Shown here piece by piece: positions 38,501 to 47,790 of a stretch of DNA of 64,000 bases (its first letter is position 1; every line of letters begins with the position of its first letter). The translations under genes and the position numbers were made by a program. The stretch is from a virus. The stretch spans positions 1 through 64,000 of the IMG/VR virus record IMGVR_UViG_3300025087_000048, one strand, 5' to 3'. The notes under the pieces are model-generated. The model made no database searches. It saw only the letters and a program-made list of their open reading frames with translations, and had not been told where the DNA came from.

Positions 38501-39553
38501 TCAGTTTTTACCAGTGTACAACTCACGAAGCACCGCCTCCTCGGACTTTACCCACGTGCACATGTCCTTCACTCCAGCCTGGATCGTCACCGTTGGATGC
38601 CACTGCATCCCCACCATTCGCTCAATATTCGATACATACACTTTATTGTCCTGTGGCCTCCAATCTCCGTACACGATCACTGGTTTCATTCTCAACTCAT
38701 CGGCAATCAACGCAAGTGCTTCGACCAATGACGTAGCGTTCCGCACTCCACCACCGAGATTGAATAATTCGCCCTTGTACACATCAGCCACCTCGAACAA
38801 CCGATCAAACGCAGTACACACATCCAGCACATGCAACATATCTCGCACCTGGAACCCGTCGCCCTTGATCTCAATAGGCAACCCCAGGAGCGTTGCAATA
38901 CAGAACCACCCGAGCCATCCCTGTGCGGATCGTCCAAATTGCCGTGGACCATACATCCCGGATGGCACGACAATCACAATTGGCATGTCATACATCGCCG
39001 CATAACAACGGCTGTAATATAATCCAGCTATCTTCGACGCCCCGTACGGCTCCTTCGCATCCGTATAAAATGGAAACTGCTCCGATGGACCGTGCCGATT
39101 CCCGACCCACCGATATCGAGATCCATTCAACTCGACAGGCCACCCGGTCACGTCGTATACCTTGTTCGATGCTAAATACAACACCTTTGCCTTCGGAGCA
39201 GCGTGTCGAAGTTCGTCCAGAAGCGTAAATGTACCAATAACATTCGATGAAAAATCAACTTCAGGAGCTTCCATTGATACATTGACACTTGACTGTGCTG
39301 CGGCATGTACAACACGATCAATCCCATCAAATTGCTTCAATGCACTTTGCACCACTTCTGGTAACGCAACATTTCCGTGAACAATTCGCAAAAACGGAGA
39401 CGTCGCATATTTCCTAAGCCACTCTTCGTTATACTTACACGATCTCCCACGAGTATACCCATCAAGCACAACAACCTGATATCCATGTTCCAGGCAATGT
39501 TTTGCATAGTTACTCCCGACCAACCCTAGACCGCCCGTAATTAACACTCGCAT
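38501..39553 (-). CDS. NAD-dependent epimerase/dehydratase (CDP-paratose 2-epimerase RfbE-like)
   Basis: LITGGLGLVGSN, HAAAQ, ASNKVY, PYGASK, MYGPRQFG...QGW.GWF, GDG.QVRD.L, DWRP.D.KVY.S. Confidence 0.85.
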   Translation of the reverse strand: MRVLITGGLGLVGSNYAKHCLEHGYQVVVLDGYTRGRSCKYNEEWLRKYATSPFLRIVHGNVALPEVVQSALKQFDGIDRVVHAAAQSSVNVSMEAPEVDFSSNVIGTFTLLDELRHAAPKAKVLYLASNKVYDVTGWPVELNGSRYRWVGNRHGPSEQFPFYTDAKEPYGASKIAGLYYSRCYAAMYDMPIVIVVPSGMYGPRQFGRSAQGWLGWFCIATLLGLPIEIKGDGFQVRDMLHVLDVCTAFDRLFEVADVYKGELFNLGGGVRNATSLVEALALIADELRMKPVIVYGDWRPQDNKVYVSNIERMVGMQWHPTVTIQAGVKDMCTWVKSEEAVLRELYTGKN

Positions 39554-39567
39554 GGATAATCTCCTGT

Positions 39568-39744
39568 TTAATTCAAACACGTACGCTGTGAATCCAGATC
39601 TCCCATCTGAAGTAACGCTCCCTGTAGCAAATACATTTCCCCGTCCGGCACGAACGGACAACACACCACCTCCACGTTCCCCATCTTTCCGACACTCTTA
39701 TGGTCAAGCTGACAAATCGGACACCAGACACAAACCTTATTCAT
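39568..39744 (-). CDS. Small Cys-rich hypothetical protein
   Basis: CVWCPIC...CCP; ATGA overlap. Confidence 0.4.
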   Translation of the reverse strand: MNKVCVWCPICQLDHKSVGKMGNVEVVCCPFVPDGEMYLLQGALLQMGDLDSQRTCLN

Positions 39745-40847
39745 GTTGGAAGCCTGCGCTGAATCATCTCCTCCCACTGACGAGCCACCACATCCCACTG
39801 ATACTGCTGGGCAAACGCACGAACCTGTTCACGAGCATTATCAATCGACTCCGGATGCTGAAACGCCTGAAGAACAGTCTCAATATAACTATCCGTCCAT
39901 TTACGTGTTTCTCCGCGAGGAACAACCAAAGCCCCACTCTCTCCATAAATCTCTCCGAGCGCATCCGCATCAGTAATCACTGGAACCACACCAGCGGCAC
40001 ACGCTTCCAATACAGCAACTCCAAACCCCTCAGTAAAACGAACTGGATCACATGGATACAGCATCACATCAGCCTGCAACAACTCCTCTGCCAGTACGTG
40101 AGGAGCAACTGCCCCGTGAACAAACACACCATGTCCCTTCAACTCGTTCAATCGTCGTACAATAAACTTAGCCCGTTGCCCGATCTCGGAATTCAACAAG
40201 ATCGCACTATCGAGCCATTTTTGAATTTCATAAAATATATGAAGTTCCGCGTCCGGATACGCCAAATGGATCTCGGCCCACATTGCTAACACCCAGTGCA
40301 ATCCTCGATCCGGAGATGACAAATAAACACATCGTCTCTTCTTACGAGGTCTCACCGCTAAAAACCGATCCACATCAACTCCATTCGGGAGAATCTCCAC
40401 TCGCTCCATACTTGTCGGATGCCCATCTTCTTTCCACAAGTGATCCCGATGGGCCTGTGAAACTGAAACATAGACATCGACAAAGTTCTCAAACCCGTGC
40501 GTTGACAACATCCAATCATTAATCTGAATACTCAACACCCGCAACGTCTTCGACCCAAGATCTCGAAGAAAATCTGCGGTCAACCACGAAATCACGACAT
40601 CAGCCCCATCAGTTCTTCGCAATCGAGGCCACGCTCTCCGCACATCCAACACTTCCACCCCGTCAAAGAATCCTGGTTGATCTGTCGGCATATAGCACAC
40701 CACACGGTAACCACTCTTGGCCTGAGCCTTAGCCAGATACAACATGGTCTGTTCCGACCCGGTCACCCCTCGACCACCAGATACAAGATCTGAGTAGCTC
40801 AATGGGCCGTGGGCCGTTTCGAGCAAACAATGCACCAATGTTTTCAT
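39741..40847 (-). CDS. Glycosyltransferase family 4 (GT-B)
   Basis: GSEQ, VS..H, PNGVD, YLSSPDRGL, EGFGVAVLEA (EX7E). Confidence 0.88.
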   Translation of the reverse strand: MKTLVHCLLETAHGPLSYSDLVSGGRGVTGSEQTMLYLAKAQAKSGYRVVCYMPTDQPGFFDGVEVLDVRRAWPRLRRTDGADVVISWLTADFLRDLGSKTLRVLSIQINDWMLSTHGFENFVDVYVSVSQAHRDHLWKEDGHPTSMERVEILPNGVDVDRFLAVRPRKKRRCVYLSSPDRGLHWVLAMWAEIHLAYPDAELHIFYEIQKWLDSAILLNSEIGQRAKFIVRRLNELKGHGVFVHGAVAPHVLAEELLQADVMLYPCDPVRFTEGFGVAVLEACAAGVVPVITDADALGEIYGESGALVVPRGETRKWTDSYIETVLQAFQHPESIDNAREQVRAFAQQYQWDVVARQWEEMIQRRLPT

Positions 40848-43717
40848 GCTAATCTCCCAATAAATAGCCGTTCCCAGTACGCAGCACAATCATCCCAGGA
40901 TGTATTCCGACGCGTCCACTCCATCATGGTCTGACGCCCAGCCTGCGTCTGAGCCGCTTCACACACCGCTTCAACAAAATGTGCATCATCCACCTTCCAC
41001 CCGAACACTACGGATTGACCAAGAGCCCCCATCGGGAACACCACAGGCCATGCCCCGCACGCTTGCGCCAGATAACTCGAGATACAATTTTCTTCTTTCC
41101 ACGTACTCGGGTAACACCAAACCCCTGATTTCAAAAGTTCCTTATACAGTTCTGGCTGCCCAATCCGCCCACGCCACGTCACTCCTGGCAACGTCTGGAC
41201 CAACGACATCACGCGCTCCTTGAATGCCGCCCCTTCTGGTGTCGCGGTCACCCCCATTTTATCCGCTGAATCCCACCCGTAATAACAGTGGAGCTCCGCC
41301 TGAGGAAGTTGCTTCACAATCGTCGGCCAATACCGCTCGAGCAATACATTCAATCCACGAAACGGTGTACTCACATACACCATGCGCATAGGATTTCTCT
41401 GTTTCTCAACCTCATCCTCATCTTCACACGGATTAATATCATGCGGATCAATCCCATTTCGCCCTGAATATATTTTAGAAATCCCAGAATATAAACTAGC
41501 GTGATAATCTGAAATACACCAAATCGCATCGACCCACTGGGATGCCATCTCCACCCGTTGACGATCAATCGAATCATGCAACCACAGCCCCCGCCACCCA
41601 GCTTCCAATGGGCGAACCTGATTCACAAAGATCTCTGGATGCCTCCAGCCGAGGAGAATCTCAGTCGGGACATACTCAGATACGGGTTTGTAGGAGATCT
41701 CGCCGTACAAGTCAACGTCGGCCCCCACAAAGCCACTCCCATACACCGTCACCGCATGCCCCCGGCGGGCAAACGCCCGACTCAACCGGATCACCGCCTC
41801 TTCGCTCCCCCCAATCCCTTTCCCAAGGGATTCAGGACCCCACACTTCTGGTGACAGAGGGCACACAATGGCAATTGTTCGACTTCGCACCGAACTCATG
41901 GGAAGTGGAACCATCAAGGCAAGGTCACCAGCATCAGCCGGAGCTCCGCCCAACACAGCTGGCATTCGCACCGTTCCCATGACTTGACGGAACGTGTCAA
42001 CTGAATACGCACGTAACCGTGCCGTCTCGAACCTTGGAGGAGCCAAACCCTTGGACGACGGCCCATTTGGCACCAACGCAAAAACATATCCACCCGGATT
42101 CACCACTTGATATGCCCGTTTTACAACTTCGTCCGGGTACTTCACCCGTTCCAAACAACTCCACAGCACCACCGCGTCATAGTGACCGACAATCTGATCA
42201 ACTCGTTCAATCCGCACCGCCTTCAACCCGTATTCTTTGTAAAGAACACTTGTTTCAAGAGGCCCTCCAATCTGAAGCAGCGACTGAATCTCAGGAGCTT
42301 GCGATATATGATCAAAGATATACTTCACCGATGGATCATCCCACGTGTCTTCAAATTGACGAAGCTGCGCCTTAGGGATCTCCCCACGAGACGCAGCACC
42401 ACACACGGCTCCAGCAATACGTATCCATTTTTTGATTTCCGCACAATCACGAAGAACTGGACTGGATCGAGCAATAATTAATCCTGCCGTTTCCGCATCA
42501 TCATGCCGAAGGAAAAACTCCGCAGCATCTGAAATGGCCTGCTGCCCGCGACGAAGATTCAATGCAACGGACAACGTATCCACATTATGCCGATGCGCCG
42601 TATCTTCAGGAACACGGCACAACGCCGTCTCTGACTCGTCCAATGCCTCCTGGAGCTGCCCAACTTCCATCAATGCCCGAACATAGTCCCCCACCCAGCC
42701 CACGGACTCATGGAGCGGGTTAATCGCAAACGGCGTCTCTGGAATCTCAGCCCGTTTGGCCATGGCTCCGTAATAGATACATGAATTCCAATCAGACTTC
42801 TTCGCATGCGTTTCAAGCAATCCTGCATACGCATCCCGCCATGTCGGACGAAGCGCCACAGCCTGTAAATCGTATCCAACAGATCGATCCAAATCCCCCT
42901 TGAACCGATACAGATCCCCCAAAAAATGTAACGCAAGATATTTTTCATCTGACACTGTAGCTTTTGGCAGGTACTTCTCAAACGCAGACACCGCCGCATC
43001 AAACTCCTGATGATGCGCATGCTCTAATCCAAGATAAAATAAGATCCTCTCATCATATTTTTCATACGGAACCTTCAACAAAATATCCAAATTTCGACGA
43101 CTTGGCACCGCTCGCTTTCGCACATGACGACGATGCACCACTTTCATATGCGTATATTTTCCCAGCCGATGGCCTGCCGATGGAATTGCTTCATGCACGG
43201 GATACATCCACCGCCAATTCGGATCATTACGAACCAACCGCTCACGATGTTGCGTCGTAACACACCGAAGCCCCAACTGCTGAATCAACTCCTGCGGGAT
43301 CAATTGCCCTGCACGAATTAACGGATCAATCTGCTCAGTCAACAGCTTCTCGCCAACCCCATCAAACGCATACAAATATTCCAGCACCGCGCCATCTAAA
43401 TTCTGTTCAATACACTTCTGCAACATATCCTCAAGATATTCACGACCGACCAGCACGTCATCGTCGTCGAGCCAAAAACAATATTCAGTTGTCAATTTAG
43501 AAAATGATTCATTTCGGGCTGCTGAGAAATCATCAATCCACGGGAAGGAAGACACTTCAGCACCAAACGCTTTTGCCACTTCAATCGTATTATCAGTTGA
43601 ACCAGTATCTACCACCACAACCTGATCAAATAATCTATGCACTGAACGAAGACACTGCTCCAACGTCTCAGCACAATTTTTCACAATCATAGCAAGACCT
43701 ACAGAGCCTTTTCGCAT
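40844..43717 (-). CDS. Multidomain GT2-TPR-methyltransferase-like-GT4 fusion
   Basis: MIVKN..VVVDTGSTDNT..WIDDFSAARN..WLDDDD..VHE; TPR-like helices; YDAVV..CLE.V..P..NPGG; GGSEEA..NGID..YVSTPFRGL..YPS. Confidence 0.88.
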   Translation of the reverse strand: MRKGSVGLAMIVKNCAETLEQCLRSVHRLFDQVVVVDTGSTDNTIEVAKAFGAEVSSFPWIDDFSAARNESFSKLTTEYCFWLDDDDVLVGREYLEDMLQKCIEQNLDGAVLEYLYAFDGVGEKLLTEQIDPLIRAGQLIPQELIQQLGLRCVTTQHRERLVRNDPNWRWMYPVHEAIPSAGHRLGKYTHMKVVHRRHVRKRAVPSRRNLDILLKVPYEKYDERILFYLGLEHAHHQEFDAAVSAFEKYLPKATVSDEKYLALHFLGDLYRFKGDLDRSVGYDLQAVALRPTWRDAYAGLLETHAKKSDWNSCIYYGAMAKRAEIPETPFAINPLHESVGWVGDYVRALMEVGQLQEALDESETALCRVPEDTAHRHNVDTLSVALNLRRGQQAISDAAEFFLRHDDAETAGLIIARSSPVLRDCAEIKKWIRIAGAVCGAASRGEIPKAQLRQFEDTWDDPSVKYIFDHISQAPEIQSLLQIGGPLETSVLYKEYGLKAVRIERVDQIVGHYDAVVLWSCLERVKYPDEVVKRAYQVVNPGGYVFALVPNGPSSKGLAPPRFETARLRAYSVDTFRQVMGTVRMPAVLGGAPADAGDLALMVPLPMSSVRSRTIAIVCPLSPEVWGPESLGKGIGGSEEAVIRLSRAFARRGHAVTVYGSGFVGADVDLYGEISYKPVSEYVPTEILLGWRHPEIFVNQVRPLEAGWRGLWLHDSIDRQRVEMASQWVDAIWCISDYHASLYSGISKIYSGRNGIDPHDINPCEDEDEVEKQRNPMRMVYVSTPFRGLNVLLERYWPTIVKQLPQAELHCYYGWDSADKMGVTATPEGAAFKERVMSLVQTLPGVTWRGRIGQPELYKELLKSGVWCYPSTWKEENCISSYLAQACGAWPVVFPMGALGQSVVFGWKVDDAHFVEAVCEAAQTQAGRQTMMEWTRRNTSWDDCAAYWERLFIGRLA

Positions 43718-43733
43718 ATTGACTCTACCCCCG

Positions 43734-44027
43734 CTATGCCGTTGTACGCTCCCACCGCACTGCAACTTCCTGAAGAACAGTTTGTTTGACAAGGCAATGT
43801 CCAAGCAGATCCAACCAGAGACACTCAGAATCCCATAAACGGCGAGTCAGAAAATCATAGGCATCATCTCGAATCAGTTGCAGTTCTTGTTGCGTTTGTA
43901 TGTCCGTAACCTCGTGAACCTCTAAGTCACTCAACGCCTGCCGAACCACACGAACAGCAATCAATACGGGAAAATCAAATCCTTGAAGATCATCTCCACC
44001 CCAGACCGCTCTCATCGAAGTGCTCAT
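43734..44027 (-). CDS. Hypothetical protein, first gene after the internal promoter
   Basis: VVRQALSDL...DDAYDFL motif. Confidence 0.55.
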   Translation of the reverse strand: MSTSMRAVWGGDDLQGFDFPVLIAVRVVRQALSDLEVHEVTDIQTQQELQLIRDDAYDFLTRRLWDSECLWLDLLGHCLVKQTVLQEVAVRWERTTA

Positions 44028-44033
44028 GAACCC

Positions 44034-44062
44034 ACGATAACCCAACCGGTTGGACTATGCAA
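44034..44062 (-). promoter_or_regulatory. Sigma70-like promoter with a palindromic spacer
   Basis: TTGCAT-N17-TATCGT with an A-tract upstream; perfect palindrome CCAACCGGTTGG at 44042-44053. Confidence 0.6.
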
Positions 44063-44096
44063 GCACTTTTTTCAGATCACGGACGTAAAAACTCAA

Positions 44097-44909
44097 TTAT
44101 AAGATAAGTCCCTTATTAGAACCACCACCACCAAAGAAATAATACGGATTATTATACAATTTCAAAGCAAGAGTATTCCCCGACGGAATGAACTCATTAA
44201 ACTGGTACCAGTATTCAAAATCAGCAGTCGGAGCATCAATAGTAACACCCAAGGTAATCGGCAAAGCACCGGGACTCGAACTATTAATCTCCGTAGCTTT
44301 ACTTGACACCAGTACGCCATTATCCCAAATTGCCATTCCAGTTGCCGAATCAGCACCAGTCCCGTCGCTCCATGACACCATGATCGCATGCCACTCATTA
44401 ATTAACGTTGACCCAGCAGTCCCATCGAGGAAATCAGCACCCGGAGATGCTTCCGTGGCGGATATCCGTTGACCCAGATTCAGCGAGATGACATCATTAC
44501 TAGGAAAAGCTACCTCTGGAGCCTGAATCGAAAACATTGATAGGGGGTTACCAGCAGACTCATTATTCGTCATAATCAATGTGGGGGTTTGCACCAACAC
44601 CCGTTGCGCCCACGCGATTGTACGTCGGTGCCGATCCATCGCGAGAAACGACGTTTCGGACACCTGGACAGACCTCGCCCCTGTCGTCCCTCCCCCGTTC
44701 ATGTTCACTCCGTACGATTGCCATGTTGTCTGCCCAGTTGCACCAGCGTTGAAAGTCGTTGCGTCCCCTGGAAGTCGCGTCACATATTCTAAAGTCGTCG
44801 TAGGATCTTCACCTTGAATTAACGGGCAACATCCAACTAACGACGCTGGTGCTACACGCCAATTAATAAGCGCCTGCGGATTTGGTTTTGGAGATAGCGT
44901 ATATGCCAT
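44097..44909 (-). CDS. LamG/concanavalin-A-like surface protein
   Basis: NEWHAIMVSW.DG....IWDNGVLV; LYNNPY C-terminus. Confidence 0.6.
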   Translation of the reverse strand: MAYTLSPKPNPQALINWRVAPASLVGCCPLIQGEDPTTTLEYVTRLPGDATTFNAGATGQTTWQSYGVNMNGGGTTGARSVQVSETSFLAMDRHRRTIAWAQRVLVQTPTLIMTNNESAGNPLSMFSIQAPEVAFPSNDVISLNLGQRISATEASPGADFLDGTAGSTLINEWHAIMVSWSDGTGADSATGMAIWDNGVLVSSKATEINSSSPGALPITLGVTIDAPTADFEYWYQFNEFIPSGNTLALKLYNNPYYFFGGGGSNKGLIL

Positions 44910-44923
44910 GTTAATCCCCTAAC

Positions 44924-44967
44924 AAAGAAAAGGCCCGACTGAGAACCACATATTCCCAGCCGAGCCT
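44924..44967 (-). terminator. Rho-independent terminator after the decoration genes
   Basis: 15-bp stem AGGCTCGGCTGGGAA/TTCTCAGTCGGGCCT (3 G-U) followed by TTTCTTT. Confidence 0.65.
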
Positions 44968-44987
44968 ATCGTAACACACATCGCCGA

Positions 44988-45260
44988 TCAATACCCGTAC
45001 GCGATTGCCTTCCCCTCCAACGCGGCACCCTCCAGAACAAAGGTCACCACCCCTCGACGACTCACTGGAGATGAAATCGTCACCCCCCACTGAGTCCCAC
45101 CAGCCGCCGTACTCGGCGTAAACATAAAATGTTCGATGATCGCAAGCCCTGGAGTCCAAGTCTCGCCATCGCCAACTGATGTCAGATCTGCCTTCACACC
45201 ACGCATGTTTCCCTCGATAAAATCCAATCGAGTTCCAGCTGTCTCAGCAACTTCTGCCAT
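44988..45260 (-). CDS. Small capsid-associated protein, paralog 2
   Basis: 90 aa; AETAGTR.DF..GN.R.VKADLTSV...TWTPGL. Confidence 0.75.
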   Translation of the reverse strand: MAEVAETAGTRLDFIEGNMRGVKADLTSVGDGETWTPGLAIIEHFMFTPSTAAGGTQWGVTISSPVSRRGVVTFVLEGAALEGKAIAYGY

Positions 45261-45273
45261 TGCATCCTCCTAC

Positions 45274-45546
45274 TTAATACCCGTACGCCATGGCAATTCC
45301 CGCCAACGTCCCAGACTCAATGGCAAACGTGACGACAGCTTGCCTCGTTGCCGGAGCTGACACTGTCGCACCCCACTGTGTCGTTGCCCCAGCCGTCGTT
45401 GGAGTAAACACAAAACTCTCGATAATAGACAACCCAGGCGTCCACGTATCCGCATCATCAACGGACGTCAGATCCGCCTTCACGGCCCGCAGATTTCCCA
45501 CAACAAAGTCACGCCGAGTCCCCGCTGTTTCTGCCGCTGCCGCCAT
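45274..45546 (-). CDS. Small capsid-associated protein, paralog 1
   Basis: 90-aa tandem duplicate; both copies end in AYGY. Confidence 0.75.
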   Translation of the reverse strand: MAAAAETAGTRRDFVVGNLRAVKADLTSVDDADTWTPGLSIIESFVFTPTTAGATTQWGATVSAPATRQAVVTFAIESGTLAGIAMAYGY

Positions 45547-45576
45547 ACCAGCATCCCCCTTTCGTCGTCATCGACT

Positions 45577-45636
45577 GTGTGGTGGCCGGAGGATAACTCG
45601 ACCCCATCCAACGTCCTGGCCCTCCGGCCACCACAC
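45577..45636. repeat. Perfect 16-bp intergenic inverted repeat
   Basis: GTGTGGTGGCCGGAGG-N28-CCTCCGGCCACCACAC. Confidence 0.9.
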
Positions 45637-45646
45637 GCAACACCGA

Positions 45647-46108
45647 CTACAATTGACTGATGAAAACAGCCGACCCAGCAGACAGCCCGGTCTGAATCGC
45701 AATCGCAGCCGCATTGAAGTGCGACGTATTGCGAATACTCAGAACACCCGTGTTTGCACTCGGGCCAAGACCCGCGCCAGCCGCATCCGCCGTCACCACC
45801 CGACCCGTTGCCGGACCGTAGATGGTCACCCAGCCGAAGTTCAACGCGGCCAGAGTCGTCTCAGCGATGCCGAAGAACATATCCGTCGCGCCGCTGGACG
45901 CCTGTACCTGCATCCCCATCAATGCCGCCGTCGTCACGGACGAATCCATCTTCAGAGCTTCACCAGCCGGAATCAAGGCACTCGCCTTCACATACCGCAA
46001 CACCTTGCCCGCTTCAAACCGCCACACACCAAGCTCTTCCTGTTGCGTGGTATCATTGGCAGTGATTTTTGTTTTGAACGGCCCAGTATTCAAATACGGC
46101 CCACTCAC
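45647..46108 (-). CDS. Capsid decoration/cement protein
   Basis: GKVLRYVKA, GIA......FGWV..YG; follows the major capsid gene. Confidence 0.7.
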   Translation of the reverse strand: MSGPYLNTGPFKTKITANDTTQQEELGVWRFEAGKVLRYVKASALIPAGEALKMDSSVTTAALMGMQVQASSGATDMFFGIAETTLAALNFGWVTIYGPATGRVVTADAAGAGLGPSANTGVLSIRNTSHFNAAAIAIQTGLSAGSAVFISQL

Positions 46109-46126
46109 GGCAATCCTTTCGCGTAC

Positions 46127-46759
46127 TTACAGTACGCCACTAGAGGTGGTTCCCATGGCCGGGTGGGGATTCATTTCTCGCTCTCGGTCGGCCCCTACCA
46201 CACCCTCTAGCGGAGACCCAACTGAGCCAAGGACAACCCGAGAGGGCTCAGACAGAGTCGGTTCCACTACGTCGCCATGGCCAATTCCACGACGATTCAA
46301 CTTTTTTACACCCATCAAAATAGATAAAATTTCTTTATCTGTAACCATCGGTACTGTAGTTTTATACCCAGCCCCCAAAGAAATTGCACGACGTCGTGCA
46401 ATCAACCGAATAAGCAAATCTGCGTGAGCGCGTTTCGTTACAAGATATGGCTGGACCGAGCTAATAAATCGCTCAATTTGCTCCTTGCCCTTAACTTCTA
46501 GCCACCACGCTGGCTTACATCTTGGATTTGGCTGCTGATAATATTGCACAAAATACTTTACCCCGATCGTATCCAAAATTGAACTAGTCTCTAAGATCAT
46601 CGCCTCGTCGGTATTAGACAAAATAAATCTAATCACCAAGCTTGAGTACGCAGATCCCCCTCGACGCGTACGCACACTCTGGCTTAAACGGGCTTGAAAA
46701 GAACCTTCCCCGTCAACTATCCCAGCAAGCCAGCCGAGACGACAATCCAGAGACTTCAT
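46127..46759 (-). CDS. Free-standing LAGLIDADG homing endonuclease
   Basis: WLAGIVDGEGSF, SNTD, PYLVTKR.HA.L, KKLNRRG. Confidence 0.92.
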   Translation of the reverse strand: MKSLDCRLGWLAGIVDGEGSFQARLSQSVRTRRGGSAYSSLVIRFILSNTDEAMILETSSILDTIGVKYFVQYYQQPNPRCKPAWWLEVKGKEQIERFISSVQPYLVTKRAHADLLIRLIARRRAISLGAGYKTTVPMVTDKEILSILMGVKKLNRRGIGHGDVVEPTLSEPSRVVLGSVGSPLEGVVGADREREMNPHPAMGTTSSGVL

Positions 46760-46781
46760 GTCACCACCCCTATTATTTATT

Positions 46782-47753
46782 TTACGATAAACCGGTCATG
46801 CGACACTGCAACCTTGGAGCTTGAATGACAAGCTGACCTGCAAAAAGGATCTGACCCAGCAATGCATCCTGGTTCGTAGGCTTCTGGAATCCAGTAAACT
46901 GGAAATCTCGATCCTTATGGATGAGCAGCTTGATAAAGTCCGTATTCAGCTGCCACAAATTCCCTGACGCACAGTGGCTATCCACCACCACCGCAGCGCC
47001 ATTGAAGTTGATCGCAGAGAACCCAACACGCGCAAGGTCATCAAACCCAGGCCCAGACGGGGTCCGCTGAGAGGGCTGAGACCGCTCCCAGAACCTATCC
47101 CAGAGGGCCTGCGTGGTCACGATCAGATCAGGCCGATGGGGCTGAATCGTCGCACTCCCCATCCCGGTATTCACCAACGCCAAAGACAGCGCCCCACCCG
47201 TCGTATTCAGATTCCCCTGAACAGCAGTTGCCTGAACCGATCCATCGTTCCGGCTGATCCCGCCGTAGGTCGCCACGTTCGTCCCGCTGTCAATCCCGGC
47301 GATCAGACCCTGAATCGCCTTATTGGCGTTCCCAGTACCGTCGAGATACGCATCCGTCCCGAGCAGATCAGCCAGAGTGATCCGGGCCGTCTCCATCTCG
47401 GCTTCAACCAGATCAAGAATCTTGGTCCCTGACCCGGAAGTCTTCAGAATTGTCCGCCCATCCACCGTCAGATTGACATAATACTGTGCCCAGTCGAACT
47501 GCAATACCGTCTTGGTCGGGCGACGGCTGATATCAAACGTATCCAGACCAGAGTATGACCCTGCATTCAGCTTGTCATACAAGATCGGCTGCCGAATCAG
47601 ATCTCCCCCATCGAGGATCGCCCGCTCCTTGGACGCCAGTCGGACCCACATCGCATTGCTATTGAAAAACAGATCAATAAGCCCTGGCAGATATGAGTCA
47701 ACAGCACTGGCTGCCACATCGGCAAGCTGTCGGCTATCAGTAGGAAGCGCCAT
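46782..47753 (-). CDS. Major capsid protein
   Basis: 323 aa after the scaffold gene; GG..I.QPILY..N.GSYSG.D, DG.GN..K.I.GL, TYGGISR, PDLIVTT, GF..I.FNGA.V..D..C. Confidence 0.88.
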   Translation of the reverse strand: MALPTDSRQLADVAASAVDSYLPGLIDLFFNSNAMWVRLASKERAILDGGDLIRQPILYDKLNAGSYSGLDTFDISRRPTKTVLQFDWAQYYVNLTVDGRTILKTSGSGTKILDLVEAEMETARITLADLLGTDAYLDGTGNANKAIQGLIAGIDSGTNVATYGGISRNDGSVQATAVQGNLNTTGGALSLALVNTGMGSATIQPHRPDLIVTTQALWDRFWERSQPSQRTPSGPGFDDLARVGFSAINFNGAAVVVDSHCASGNLWQLNTDFIKLLIHKDRDFQFTGFQKPTNQDALLGQILFAGQLVIQAPRLQCRMTGLS

Positions 47754-47790
47754 GTCTCATCATCCTCCTCGCAGGGGCGATCATCCGACG

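Noticed and set aside
30086-43717. Host LPS/capsule locus or assembly chimera
   Set aside because: There are no flippase, polymerase or priming transferase genes. The genes are co-oriented and tightly packed within the virion operon and carry phage-type HNH and intein elements.
46110-46790. Group I intron in the capsid gene
   Set aside because: The capsid ORF ends naturally (MTGLS*), and I found no downstream exon or conserved intron core motifs.
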